Shown: positions 18,304 to 31,959, counted from the first letter of the stretch. The stretch: 64,000 nucleotides of DNA from Octopus vulgaris (GCA_951406725.2 OX597824.1:51336001-51400000), one strand, 5' to 3'. The notes: a model not told the origin generated them from the sequence alone. Numbers and translations: made by a program.

Positions 18304-19192
18304 CAGGGTGTCCATAAACTCTCTTTACAATTTAAAAAATTTTTTACAAAGGCAGTTGATGAGATATTTTAACCAGATTTATTTTATTTTAATAATTGTT
18401 TATTAAAGTTTTTATTGATATTAAACTTTTGTGTTTCAGATACTCTGTTGATGGAAGGGAACTGATTCACTGAACCCCTATAAAATGAGGATGAAGCATT
18501 CCCCAAGCGAGTTTGTTTTAGTGACGAGGCGACTTTTTATGTTGCGGGGAAATTAAACAAACACAGTGTGAAAATCTGGGGATCAAAACACCTCCATGCG
18601 ACTAGGGAGCTTCAATGGGATATCCAAAAGTGAATGTGTGGTGTGGAATCATGTGCAATCGAATAATTGGTCCATTTTTCTTCAATGAGGCAAGAATTAC
18701 TGCAGATGCTTACCTCGACCTTCTGACCGAATATGTGGCACCACAACTGATTGATTTACAACCAACCATCATTTTCCAGCAAGATGGGGACGGCATGTTC
18801 GTCAGTTCCACAATCAAACATTTCCAGACCGATGGATTGGTAAAGATGGGCCAATTCCATGGCCACCGCATTCGCCAGATATCACTCCCTTGCACTTCTT
18901 TTTATGGGGTTATGTAAAATAAATCATGTATCAAACAAAGACTTGAAGCAAAGGATTCATAATGCCATTGCCACCGTTGATAAGGGTATCCTACTGCGAA
19001 CATGGCAAGAAATCGAGTACCGTCTTGATGTGCTTCGCGCAACTAATGGTGCCCATATTGAGGTCTATTAAATAACATTTAAAAAAACTTTAATAAACAA
19101 TTATTACAATAAAACAAATCTGGTTAAGATATCTTGTCAACTGCATTTGTAATAAAATTTTAAAATTGTAAAGAGACTTTAAGGACACCCTG
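18304..19192 (+). mobile_element. Internally deleted Tc1/mariner element (DD41D/rosa-like) with ~113 bp TIRs and TA target duplication
   Basis: ta|cagggtgtcc...ggacaccctg|ta. Transposase remnants FSDEATF, KVNVWCGIM..IIGPFFF, FQQDG, WPPHSPDITPL.FFLWG. Confidence 0.9.
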
Positions 19193-19378
19193 TATATGAA
19201 CCCCACAGAAACAGCTTTCGGATTTGTGATACTTTTCTTCAGCCCCTTTAATTTTCTCTATCGTTTGTATTCTGTGTAAGTCGGATCTTTTTATATGTAA
19301 ATATACATTTTTTAATTTCATGTATTTAATATACATTATATACTGATCTGTCTTACTTGCTTATCTCTACATAGAAAG

Positions 19379-19423
<45 letters not shown>

Positions 19424-19725
19424 CACAAACCGTTCACCTCAACACTGTCTGTTTTCTGACACCCACCCATCCTCAAACACAATCACGCACACACATACAC
19501 ACACACACACATTAATGCCGTTATATACAGTCACACAGACACTCACTCACAAAAGAAAATTCACCATTCATTTGAACTGCACCATTTGACCTTCCTATTC
19601 TTATGCCTCTCTTCTCCTACTTCGTTTGAACCCTTGAACCTTTAGAACCTTCTAGATTCTTCTACATCCAATCATTTTGACGTCACTCCTTATAAAGGAA
19701 TTTTTTAAAGAGACACTCATTTTCA

Positions 19726-20057
19726 CTATGGGCTCCGTGTGAGCAGTCATCTAAAAGGTTTTTGTGCATCTTGATGTTGACATAAGTTCCTTGCTTTTCC
19801 TGATGAGAAAGCGGCATGATATACTCCTTATTCCTTCGCAATTAGGAATATGCAGCCTTCGAAACATATGTCGAAAATAAAGGAATTTTGTTAATTCGTC
19901 GTTCAACTCCATTCTTTCATATATTTATATTTTTAAAAAAACATACAGATTTCCACACGAAAGCACGTAACTTCAAACGTGTTTTCTCTGATGTGAATTT
20001 GCTACCCAGGTATCGGTTAATCGAATTATCCATAACAAGATAATTCATTCAACTACT

Positions 20058-20064
<7 letters not shown>
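19726..20064 (+). mobile_element. PLE pLTR-like repeat; inverted copy at 31331-31691
   Basis: High-identity reverse-complement match, contains a hammerhead and ends in (TA)n. Confidence 0.8.
19795..19877 (+). ncRNA. Type-I hammerhead ribozyme with extended stem II
   Basis: ttttc-CTGATGA-gaaagcggcat..(~55 nt in total)..atgcagccttc-GAAA-catat-GTC-gaaaa. Confidence 0.85.
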
Positions 20065-20099
<35 letters not shown>

Positions 20100-20339
20100 T
20101 ATCAGACGTTTTCATTTCGAATTGCATCTAACACTCAAAAATTTGAAAAGTTTCAGCGAAACCGATTATTTTATTAGAGGAAAAAGATCTTATTTTATAT
20201 AATATTGTATAATTCTTTCGCCATGACGATTGAAATATATTCTTTAGTTTTATAAAACAAATCTTCTGTGTTGTTTCATCTGATTTCTTTCCTTTTATAT
20301 TCAACTACGTGTAATTACCAACCATACTTTCTCATTCAC

Positions 20340-23300
20340 ATATATTCAACACGTGAGACCGAAAGTGCCACAGAAGACAAATCCAACGGATAAAATTACA
20401 AATGAGGACATCCTAAGAGAACTCAAAAATATCAACTCACATCTCATAACTTTAATTAACAAAACCGGGGCTTCAAAGCTACTCATTCATGAGAGAAAAA
20501 AAAACAATGAAGAAAAGACTCCACGCTGATCAGGTTAGTAAAGATTTAATTCTTTTATGCGCAACTCTCAACTCAATAGTCATAAAGAAACCTAGCAATG
20601 AACAACAACCCCACTTAAATGACACTCATAACGAATTCATACAAAAACAAGATCAGATTAGTAAAGATTTAAACACTTTGTGCACAATACTAAACTCGAT
20701 TTTCATAAACAGACCGAACAATAACCGACCCGCAATAAATGAAACCCACCACAACCCGACACTATCGCTAGTCTATTCAACAAAATGGAAAATAGATAAC
20801 GTCTAGAACACAGACCTTCATAATAGAAAATTTGCATTCTGGAATATGATTAAAAATTCCAATAAAGCAGAAATTTATGAACGTTGGATAAACTCAACGC
20901 CGATAATTATCCCACGCAAATTTCAAATAAAAATTATACCATATGAATCTGACGGACAGAGGGTAATTAGAGGAAAGTTAGCACTATTCCATTTGAAATC
21001 AGAAGCTGGAATACTAAAATTAAGAGCTTAAAAGAATGAAGAAAAATACAAAAACATCGACGAAAAGCTGCACAGGGAAATAGTTAAACACACCAACGGA
21101 CAATCTCTAGATAATATTATTAACCTTTGGAAGGAAGCATGTGAAACTGTAGAAAGAAATTCCCTCCAACGCTGGGAGAAAAGTGATAGTTTCTTCCAAC
21201 AATACAACAATATCAGCATTCACCCAATCCAAACCCCTACATTTACACGGACAGTTCATACCAGCGCAACCACAACCAACATTTTTTAGCCCCAGACCAA
21301 AGGAACCGGGACACAAATTGGAACTTGATATACAGGAGAAACCGAAGGTAATTAACCTGTCAAATAAATCCCTATCAACCACAAATATCGATATCCTATC
21401 AAAAGGGCTAAAATTCACCCCCAACTCCACGCAGGGCTAACCAAAATGAAGTCAAGGACAGGGTATTAAAATTCTGCAGGAAATTAAGTCTTACAGAAGT
21501 ACTGGTCAATTATAATAGCGAATATGATTCACTAGTTAAAAACAGAAGTGAACACATCCCCCACAAAGAATAAAATAAAAATCTCGACGAATTCTGCAAT
21601 CACATTCCCCTGCCATGCCTTGCAGAAACAGAAAGTCATTTCAAACTTCAGCACTACCCATTGGAAAGAACTTGTTGAACTACAAAATAATGAGGAAATA
21701 ACAATTAAAGAAGCGGAAAAAGGGAGTGCAATGGTAGTAATAGACGCATTATACTACAAACATCTTGTAGTATCCATGCTAAATAACGACGAACACTACG
21801 AAAAAGTCAAAGATTACCCACCACCACCACCACCACCAAAAAAATAACGTAAAACCTCTTTTCACTAATTCAAATCCTCGAAAAAGACCTAACAAAAAAA
21901 AAATAGACTACTTAACAAACATTAAGTGTAAACCCAGCCTATTCTATGGTCTACCGAAAATTCACAAAAGCCAGACTATAAACGAAGCCATAAAAAATCA
22001 CCAAAGGCGTACATATATACACCAACAGCAGGAGTCCTAAAATTACAGCCCTTTATGGCTGGACCATCCTGTGAAACGCATCGACTACCTTGCTTCATGA
22101 ACATTCCCCCTGAAACCATTTCTAAGATACATCAAAGGTTAAATTAGAGATGACTTAGATATGTTAAATCACCTAGTAAAAAAGGCCAAGGAAGAAACAC
22201 TCACGGCTTCATTTGAGGTGATAAAGCTACATACCTACATACCCTATAATTATGGAATAGAAGCAATTCCGTTCTGGCTTGACAAATATCCAGAAGAAAC
22301 ACTAGAACAGATCAGCAAAGACTTCATAATCAAATAAGTAAAATTCACCCTACGAAATAACCATTTCATGTTTGACACCACTGTTTATCGCCAAAAATCC
22401 GGAATTGCCATGGGGACCAGGGTAGCCCCGTTTATTGCTAACCTAACAATGGGCTATTTAGAAATAGCAATATATCAGGGGTCATTTTCAAAATTTGGAA
22501 ACCCTCAATCTCAATACATAAAAGAAAATTGGAAAAGATTTTTGAACGACTGCTTCATCCTCTGGAATGATAACATAGATACACTTCTGGATTTCAAAAG
22601 AATCCTTAATAGTATTAACACCAACATACAATTCACAATGGAACACAACCAAGAGGAACTCCCGTTCCTAGATATACTGGTTAAAAAATAAACAAAAAAT
22701 AGAACGGACATATTTACAAAACTACAGATGCTAAATAATACCTATTATTTAGATCATGCCACCCGAGACATATTAAAACAAATATCCCCTTCAATCTTGC
22801 AAGAAGGATTTTCACCATGGTGTCCGAAAAATATACCAGAGAACCGAGACTGCAAGAGCATAAAAACGTACTCATTGAGAGACACTACCCAATTCAACCC
22901 ATAGATGATGGGATTATACATACAAAATCAATTGACATAAAAATATTAAGAAAAGTCTAACACAATGAAATACCTACTCTGAAAATACCACCTTATGTAT
23001 CCATTTACAACCCTAGAAACAATGAAGCATTTAACATCATTGGACCCCAAACTGAAGGAAATTATGCGTACACATAACACCATTAAAAGCAATAAACAAC
23101 CAAAAGCATTAAAGGATATCCTCACAAATGCAAAATTATTGTCAAGGATAACGGACACAAGAGTAAAAAGATGTGGTCGTCCTAACTGCGGATTATGTCC
23201 CAATCTTTTGGAAAGATCAGAATTCCATTTTAAACAAGGGTAAAAATTCAAAATTACATCCAATTTCACTTGCGCATTTGAAAACCTCATTTATGTCATA

Positions 23301-23570
23301 AGATGCTCGGGCTGTCATAAAAACTATATAGGTTCCACAGGAATGTTCTTTAGACCTTAGACGTGGATGTAAAGTTCACAGACAACAGATCTCTTCTCTA
23401 CAATATCACCTGATACATCTCAGTGAACACATTGACAGATGCGCAGAACAACTGCAACCATAATTCCTAATCTTCCCATTATATCAATGTGCTATTTAGA
23501 CCTCAACACAAGTGCAACTAAATAAAGAGGCCCCATTTATCAAAAAACATAAGCTATAACTGAGTATAAA
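20340..23570 (+). mobile_element. Near full-length decayed Penelope-like element (RT plus GIY-YIG)
   Basis: KVINLS..LSKGLKFTP, IKEAEKGSAMV, FYGLPKIHK, QKSGIAMGTRVAP..ANL.MGYLE, WKRFLNDCF, LPFLDI, CGRPNCGLC, NLIYVIRCSGCHKNYIGST. Confidence 0.9.
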
Positions 23571-23650
23571 CTCATATTGATAATTACAGATTTATCTCCC
23601 TTTTACTGAAAATTATCCCCCACAAACAAACAAAATTTCCCATTTAGAAT

Positions 23651-23886
23651 AGACCGGGCGTTGAGAGTGTTTATTGAGCGAAAACACCTAAAAGCTCCAC
23701 GAAGCTCCGGCAGGAGGTGGTGATCCCTGCTGTACTCTTTCACCACTCTTTCTCCCACTCTTTCTTCTGTCGGCCTGCTCGCTTAGCCAGCGGGGTGGTG
23801 TCATTCGAAGGCTAAAACAATGCGAACGCATTGTGACCAGCGATGTGTAACTACATCTGATGGTCTGGTCGGTCACGTGATCACGT

Positions 23887-23888
<2 letters not shown>
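23651..23888 (+). mobile_element. SINE family 3 body with an alternative 3' tail (head missing)
   Basis: accgggcgttgagagtgtttattgagcgaaaacaccta..ccggcagg..tgtactctttcaccac is shared with the reverse complement of ~17700-17815; the tail differs. Confidence 0.7.
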
Positions 23889-23945
<57 letters not shown>

Positions 23946-23961
23946 CGATTCATACATACAG

Positions 23962-24002
<41 letters not shown>

Positions 24003-24008
<6 letters not shown>

Positions 24009-24160
24009 GAATTTACAAAAAAGACAAAAGACGAAGACGTGTGCGTAAACAACAAACAGATGTGTTAGTTTAATGCTTGGGAAGTGAGAAAGTCTTTTGC
24101 TTTTCAAGCCTACGCTCTTCAACAGAAAAGAACACAGAAATAAACAGGGAGAGAAAATAG
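24003..24160 (-). mobile_element. pLTR-like remnant with a degenerate hammerhead (24094-24130)
   Basis: Reverse complement ttttCTGTTGAagagcgtaggcttGAAAagcaaaag, same family as 60665-60850. Confidence 0.6.
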
Positions 24161-26602
24161 AAATATATATATATATATATGTACCTTTATATATGCATAT
24201 ATATGTTCATATGTGAGTGTTGTGTACATGTGTACACCTTCCACTTGCCATTGATCTGTTTGTTTTATCTTCCTTAAATTCTCATCTTTTACTCAATCAC
24301 ACTCGTTTTTCTCTTCTTTCTTTCTCACAGACTTTGATTTTCTTTCTTTATCTCACCCTGCCATTTCAGTATTCATCCACTTTCTCTCACACCAGTAATC
24401 TGTCTGTACTTTGAATGCCCTCTATACTGTTTATCTCTGTACGTCTTTCTTGATCATTCTGTAGTCATTTGTGTCTGTTCTTGCCCACCCTCTTTCTCCA
24501 TGCTGGTGTTTTGGATTGTGTATGTATATACATATGTATATACATGTATATATACATAATGGTATATATATGACTGTCTGCATAAAATGAGGGGCGTCTT
24601 TTTACTTTAGAGACCTTTCTGTATGTATGCCTGTACGCATGTATGAATATATGTATAGGTATACGTGTAGTACATGCATACATCTATATCTACATATTTG
24701 TGTATACACGCATATCGGTATGTATTAATGTCTATGTAAGGTAAGCAGATGTGTGCATGTGTGTGTGCGTGCGTGTGCGTGTGTGTGTTCATGTGTACTC
24801 ATCGGTCAAGCAGCAATCTCTCAGCAACGTTACATTATAAAAAACATAGAACCTCCTCTTTATAATCTTCACACACGCCTGCCGGACTTTTCCATAATCG
24901 TATGAAAATGTTCAGTTATTAATTAGTGATTTTCGAAAAGAGAAGAAAAGGAAGGAGAGGGAGAAAAAAATGAAGACACGTAAATGAAATGAAAATAAAG
25001 AATATATAAATGGAAACATAAATGATGAACGAAAGTGAATGATATCTCTTTTTGAACAAATTTCGCCAATGACCTACGACCTCTGGCGGAAAAACTGCTA
25101 ACTACAAGTGCCCCATTGAAGAATGAAACAAGGAAAGAGGCGGAAGGAGTAAGGAGAAAGGTGTTTTGAGATAGGAAAAAAACAGAAAATGAAAGTGAAA
25201 GTAGTGGAGAAAACTGAAGTGTTAAGAGTATAAGTGCGGGGGCTAGGCGGTGGGAGGGTTTAGTACGAGCAAGAATTAGGGTGGTAAGGGGCGAAAGTCA
25301 GTTTAAAACAGCCATTCATTCAATCACTATCGTATCTTCTTTTAATATGGTTTTCAGTTGTAAAAAGTATATATATTCTTTCTAAATGGGAAGGATAAAA
25401 ATAAGACAGTAAAATAGAATGCAAAAAAGAAAAACAACCAAAATGACACCATCGTCGCTGGTGGCGATATTTTAATTATCGCGTCTAAAAACTCTGCCCA
25501 TAATGCCCAGTATTCCTTGTTAACGATCGAGTTGCTGCGAGCATTGTATGCTGTATGTGTGTGTGTGTGTGTGTGTCTGTGTGTGTCTGTGTGTGTGTGT
25601 ATTTATGCAAATATGTATGGAAGTATGTATGGAAGTGTGTGTATGTGTGTACATTATGGATGTGAGCTTGTGTGTATATATGTGTATGGATGTTTGTATG
25701 TATGCATATCATGTATGTGCATGCATGTATGTATGCGAGTGTTTGTATGTATGGATGTGTACGAAGTTCTCTATATCTATACATATATATAAATTTATAT
25801 ATATATATATATATGTCAGTATATGTATAAGTTTATATGTGTGAGAGTGTGTGTAGCGTGTACATATGTGTGTGTATGTATGTATGTACGTATGTATGTA
25901 CGCATGTATGTATGCATGTATGTATGTATGTATGTATGTATGTATGTATGTATGTATGTATGTATGTATGTATGTATGTATGTATGTAGGTATGTTTGTA
26001 TGTAAATGTGTATGTGTGTATGTATATATATATATATATGCATGCTAAGATTACATCTGAAGATTTTCTATAGAAATTATAACCACCACAGATTTGTTAC
26101 GTTTCGTATCCCTTGTAAACAACAATAAGATCGAAGATAAAAAGTGGCACATCCAACCCATTAACCATCCACAAACTCATTGCTTAAATAGGCACTAACT
26201 ATAGTAGTGAACGTTACTAGCTATACCAATTGTACGTAGTAGGCACATTAGTGTTGGCTATAATTTCTATAGAAAAACTGTAGAGATAATCTTAACATAT
26301 GTTTTAATAGCACTGCTAACACTGTAGATCACAATATTGACTTGTAAACAGTTTAATATACTTTGTAGTATACTATAGTTGCATAAGGAAATACTGTGTC
26401 TCCACAAGTCATTAATATTTGTACATTTATAAGTATGTATATATGTGTTTGTGTGTCTGTGTGTGTGTATGTGTATGTATGTATATGTATGTATATATAC
26501 ACATACATATACATACATACACATACACACACACACATGTGTATGTGTATGTGTATGTATGTATATGTATGTATATGTATGTATATATATATATATATAC
26601 AT

Positions 26603-26668
<66 letters not shown>

Positions 26669-27047
26669 GAATATGTTCTTAGAATTCTCGAAGATTCAGT
26701 ACGGCATTGTATTTATTGCTGACTGTAAATGCGCCTGCGCGTGGTATTTTGAGAAATTATAACATATAATGATGGAACACGTGTTATCTCGTCTCTGATT
26801 TATAAGTTAGTTATTGAGGCCGGTTACTGACGAGAGTTCGCCTGGTAGATAATGTTGTATTGCTAAATTACCTATTAAAGGATGGCAAGTAATATTATTT
26901 GGTAAAGTAACCGTTAAATAGCAAAGTAAAAGTTTTTATTTTTCATTTACTTCGAAATTTGCTATTAAATTGTTGTTTTGGCCGAGTTGGCTGCTATTTC
27001 TAGCATGTAAAAATTACCTGTTAAAGATAATTTTCTATTTTAAAATA

Positions 27048-27188
<141 letters not shown>

Positions 27189-27644
27189 CACACACAGATA
27201 CATATGTATGTATGTACGTATGTACAAGACGGATTTCTTTTAGTTACCATCTACCTAATCCACTGACAAGAATGTCTTGGGGAAATTTCCAGCCTGGATT
27301 CTCATTCCTAAGGTATTTTTTTAATGTTATTATTATTATACCACGTCCTCGCGTTATCGTTTTTTTCTTGCTCGTTCTTCTTTGTTTGGATTCACTATAT
27401 ATATACTTGTAATATAAGGATAACATTTTTCAAAAAAAAAATTTATCAGTGGCCAGTATATTAAAATATCTTTTAAAGTGAAAATTATAAACAATTATAA
27501 ATAAGAGCAAAAGAAAAAAATTTCTGTGCCAATATGCTGAAAAATAGGCTAACCACGTACAATATTTTTTTCACTATAAATACACAGCGTGTTGAAACGA
27601 GGAAAGCAAGCTAACAGAAATTTTTAAAACTCGTTATTCCTGAA

Positions 27645-27693
27645 TCAGACCAATTTCTGGATTAAACCAAAAGGATTCTTCCTTCGTCAGCGA
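27645..27693 (-). ncRNA. Type-I hammerhead ribozyme
   Basis: Reverse complement tcg-CTGACGA-agga...tcca-GAAA-ttg-GTC-tga. Confidence 0.6.
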
Positions 27694-28287
27694 GAAACAT
27701 GATAAAAATACATGGAATACACATGGAAAAAGCAGATACAAAGTCATGTGTATATTTAAGTACCCCAAATATATCAGAGCAGAAATTCTGTAGTAACCTC
27801 AGTACACGTGTAGACGGTCAGGAAACTCACGTAAAGTTGTTGCCAGTCTCGAAATGAATGGTAATAAATTTACTTCTAATATAAGGATAAATTTTTTTTT
27901 TTAATTATATCAGCGGCCAGCATATTAAAATACCTTTTAAGGTGAAAATTATAAGCAATTATAAATAAGAGCAAAATAAAAAGATTGTGTATGCCAATAT
28001 GCTGAAAAATAGACTTTAGATCGTCTAACCACATACAATATTTTTCTCTATAAATACACAGCGTGTTGAAACGAAGAAAGCACGCTAACAGAAAATTTTA
28101 AAATTCATTATTCACTTCAGGACTGGTAACCATTCTACGTGAGCTTCCTAACCGTCTACACGTGTGCTGAGGCTTGCTACAGAATTTATGTTTAGATTAT
28201 ATTTTGGGTACTTAAATGTACGCATGATTTTGCATCTGCTTTTTCCGTGGATATATGTGATTATTCCATGTATTCTTATCGTATTTC

Positions 28288-28336
28288 TCGCCGACGGATG
28301 GGGAATCATTTTGGATTAATCCAGAAATCGGTCCGA
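28288..28336 (+). ncRNA. Mutated hammerhead, mirror of 27645-27693
   Basis: tcg-CCGACGG-atgg...tcca-GAAA-tcg-GTC-cga. Confidence 0.45.
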
Positions 28337-28856
28337 TTGGGGAATAACGAATTGTAAAAATTTCTGTTAGCTTGCTTTCCTCGTTTTCAACACTCTGTGT
28401 ATTTGTAGTAAAAAAATATTGTATGTGGTTAGACGATCTAAAGTCTATTTTTCAGCATATTGGCATAGAAAATCTCTTTTGTTCTTATTTATAATTATAT
28501 ATATATAGTACAAAGTAAGATAGAGTTTATGAAAGTAACCCACTATGGGATATCAGTTATCCAATATACTGCTGGTAAAGTAACCAAATACTAAATACAT
28601 AAATGCTTATAATTGCAATGCAATTAATTCATTTATTGTATTGAATGGGTGAAGGTAAAAATATTTTACCGTAAATTCATAATACAGATAAGAAAATGGA
28701 GGAACAAATTCATTTCGATCATCAACTTACGGATATTACAATTTCACATTTTTATTAATTATACAAATCGAAACATGAAAATCGAACAAAACAATATACA
28801 TCAATATGTAAAATAATAATAAAAATAAAAATAAAAATAATACAAATAAACTGCTC

Positions 28857-28984
28857 CTTACAGCTGTTTCAGCATATGGTCAAGAGTCAATCCAACTTAA
28901 ATTGCCTATAGATACCATTGTAATATAGTCCTAGGCATTAAAGATTATATTTGTATGTTTAAACAACCAAAGGCCTCGCCAGAG
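28857..28984 (-). ncRNA. Hammerhead-like motif with CTGGCGA core and ~105 nt stem-loop II
   Basis: Mirror of 29869-29996. Confidence 0.5.
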
Positions 28985-29709
28985 ATATACATAACTATAA
29001 AATTATAATAATAATATTGATATATAAAAAACATGCTTTACATACTATCCAATAAAAACAAGAAAATAAATATTAAGACAGATATCCAAAATACATACAT
29101 ATACATATATATATATATATGTATATACTCATAAACACATATATACATATAAAATATACAAATATACATACATACACATACATAGGCAAATCGTACATAT
29201 TAATCACATGTGCAAAAAACCAGTGGACATATGCATATAACGGGACTTATATTTTGTGGAACTGACCTTACCTGGACTTGAAATTCAGACTGAATGTTTT
29301 GGATGCTAGCATTTAACTTATTCGTGTTAAGCGGATGAGTTAAGTATTATTTAGATTATGTTTGTATAACATATTCATACGCAAATATCTTGTTTGTGCA
29401 TATGTGTATATATATGTGTATGTGTGAACATTTATACTTGGTACCTTGTTTCATGAATTTTTGTTTAGTATTACCGTTTAGTATTACCGTTAAAACAACA
29501 TTACTGTTGGTTTTGTTAAAAGTGGTAGTATATTACGTTAGAATGCATTTACTGAACTATATGAAGCATGATAATCCAGTGTAATGTGATATACTGTTCA
29601 ATGTTGTTCTTTATGTTTTTTGCATATGTGATTAATATGTACGATTTGCCTATGTATGTATATGTTTGTATATTTGTATATTTTATATGTATATATGTGT
29701 TTATGTATA

Positions 29710-29757
<48 letters not shown>

Positions 29758-29868
29758 TGTATTTTGAATATCTGTCTTATTATTTATTTTCTTGTTTTTA
29801 TTGGATAGTATGGGAAGCATGTTTTTTATATATCAATATTATTATTATAATTTTATAGTTATGTATAT

Positions 29869-29996
29869 CTCTGGCGAGGCCTTTGTTTATTTAAACATAC
29901 AAATATAATCTTTAATGCCTAGGACTATATTACAACGGCATCTATAGGCAATTTAAGTTGGATTGTCTCTTGACCATAGGCTGAAACAGCTGTAAG
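29869..29996 (+). ncRNA. Hammerhead-like motif with CTGGCGA core and ~105 nt stem-loop II
   Basis: ct-CTGGCGA-ggcct...aggct-GAAA-cagct-GTA-ag. Confidence 0.55.
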
Positions 29997-30192
29997 GAAC
30001 AGTTTATTTGTTTTATTTTTATTTTTATTTTTATTTTACATATTGATGTATATTGTTTTGTTCGATTTTCATGTTTCAATTTGTATAATTAATAAACAAT
30101 GTGAAATTGTAATATCTGTAAGTTGATGATCGAAAGGAATTTGTTTCTCCATTTTCTTATTTGTGTATATATATATTCTTTTACTATTTTAC

Positions 30193-30607
30193 TCTTTTAC
30201 TTGTTTCAGTCATTTGACTGCGACCATACTGGAGCACAACCTTTAGTCGAGCAAATCGACCCCAAGACTTATTCTTTGTAAGCCCAGTACTTATTCTATC
30301 GGTCTCTTTTGCCGAACCGCTAAGTGACGGGGACGTAAACACACCAGAATCGGTTGTCAGGCAATGCTAGGGGGACAAACACAGACACACAAACAGACAC
30401 ACACATACATATATATACATATATATATACATATATATACATATATACGACAGGCTTCTTTCAGTTTCCGTCTACCAAATCTACTCACAAGGCATTGGTC
30501 GACCCGGGGCTATAGCAGAAGACACTTGCCCAAGATGCCACGCAGTGGGACTGAACCTGGAACCATGTGGTTGGTTAGCAAGCTACTTACCACACAGCCA
30601 CTCCTGC
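30193..30607 (-). mobile_element. SINE family 1, full length
   Basis: Complete head, internal microsatellite and tail. Confidence 0.9.
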
Positions 30608-30681
30608 TATATATATATATATATATATATATCTTTCTTTCCTCTGTCACTCTTCCCTTCCTTGGATCTTTCCTTATTCTA

Positions 30682-30718
30682 GGTTTCTGATGAAGAGCTC
30701 TGCTCGAAACGTTAAATC
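30682..30718 (+). ncRNA. Minimal type-I hammerhead ribozyme in pLTR remnant 30633-30818
   Basis: ggttt-CTGATGA-a-gagc-tct-gctc-GAAA-c-GTT-aaatc. Confidence 0.8.
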
Positions 30719-31023
30719 CTTCTTTTTTCCTTTCCTGAGCGTCCAATAACACTATACTTGTTCCACGTCTTCGCGTTGTTGTGTTTTCTCTTTGTGTTTT
30801 CATGTTTGAATTAACTTTATATATATATATTATAATTATGAGTATAATTATAATTAGAGTTAGGCAAAAAATTTGCTTCACCACACACCGAACTTTAGAA
30901 ATAGCAGCCAAAGAACCTAGCTATTTCTTCTACTGTAAGAAACAACTCCCAGACAATATATACTCAAAAACAATTTACGTATGCAGATAGGAAAAACAAC
31001 GAAATTCACTTGACATTTGATTA

Positions 31024-31108
31024 ACTGTGGACGCGTTTCGGAATTAGATAGATATGAAAAATGCGAGAATCACATTTCCATTCTAATCCTTTTCCTCTTC
31101 AGCACAGT
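31024..31108 (-). ncRNA. Type-I hammerhead ribozyme with extended stem II
   Basis: Reverse complement actgtg-CTGAAGA-ggaa..attaga..tctaattcc-GAAA-cgc-GTC-cacagt, with a perfect 6-bp stem I. Confidence 0.85.
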
Positions 31109-31539
31109 ATTTCAGGATTTTAAATTTGAGAGCACTGAAAAAACTGAACATACCTATCTGACTCAAGTAACATCAGACAAACTATATCCATGACCAGTAA
31201 CGACGAATTCAAAACATACGAATGAGGTCCCGTATTCTCCCTCGCCTACCCAAGTGTGTTGTCGAGCAAAAAATTCTACAGAAAAAGCTGTAATTTATTA
31301 TCAGGGAGAGAATTATATATATATATATACATATTTGAGTAGTTGAATGAATTATCTTATTAAGGATAATTCGAATTAACCGATACCTGGGTAGCAAATT
31401 CACATCAGAAAAAACACGGTTGAAGTTACGTGCCTAGGGCATAGATTACGTGCTTTCGTGTGGAAATTTGTATGTTTATTTTAAAAATATAAATATATGA
31501 AAGAATGGAGCTGAACGACGAATTAACAAAATTCCTTTA

Positions 31540-31622
31540 TTTTCGACATATGTTTCGAAGGCTGCATATTCCTAATTGCGAAGGAATAAGGAGTACATTA
31601 TGCCGCATTCTCATCAGGAAAA
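31540..31622 (-). ncRNA. Type-I hammerhead ribozyme, copy of 19795-19877
   Basis: Reverse complement ttttc-CTGATGA-gaatgcggcat...atgcagccttc-GAAA-catat-GTC-gaaaa. Confidence 0.85.
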
Positions 31623-31833
31623 GCAAGGAACTTATGTCAACATCAAAATGCACAAAAAACTTTTAGATGATTGCTAACACAGAGCCCATAGCGATAATTC
31701 TTTCATATATATATACATATATATATATATATACATATATAATATTAATTCGAGACAAAACCACTATTTTTCAAAACAAACAAGGAAAGACTTAATCAAT
31801 ACATAAAAAATTTTAATATAAAGAAATAAACCG

Positions 31834-31876
31834 CCACTACAATCGTTTCATGTCTTCAATGACATTCGTCAGGTGG
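31834..31876 (-). ncRNA. Minimal type-I hammerhead ribozyme (left arm of the palindrome)
   Basis: Exact reverse complement of 31917-31959. Confidence 0.85.
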
Positions 31877-31916
31877 ATTTTCGATCTCCTAATCTGTTTT
31901 TTAGGAGATCGAAAAT

Positions 31917-31959
31917 CCACCTGACGAATGTCATTGAAGACATGAAACGATTGTAGTGG
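31917..31959 (+). ncRNA. Minimal type-I hammerhead ribozyme (right arm of the palindrome)
   Basis: ccac-CTGACGA-atgtc-attgaa-gacat-GAAA-cgatt-GTA-gtgg. Confidence 0.9.

Larger units (their letters stand above)
27408..28497. repeat. Three-part direct/inverted repeat module (27408-27835, 27878-28113, inverted 28135-28497)
   Basis: aatataaggataa..gccag.atattaaaa..ccaatatgctgaaaaatag is repeated directly and then mirrored. Confidence 0.85.
28683..30167. repeat. Fold-back module with ~540 bp inverted arms (28683-29220 and 29615-30167)
   Basis: The arms are highly similar reverse complements around a ~395 bp spacer. Confidence 0.9.

Noticed and set aside
26821-26913. cggtta-CTGACGA with a downstream complementary taaccg
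   Set aside because: There is no correctly placed GAAA or NUH triplet between the stem I strands.
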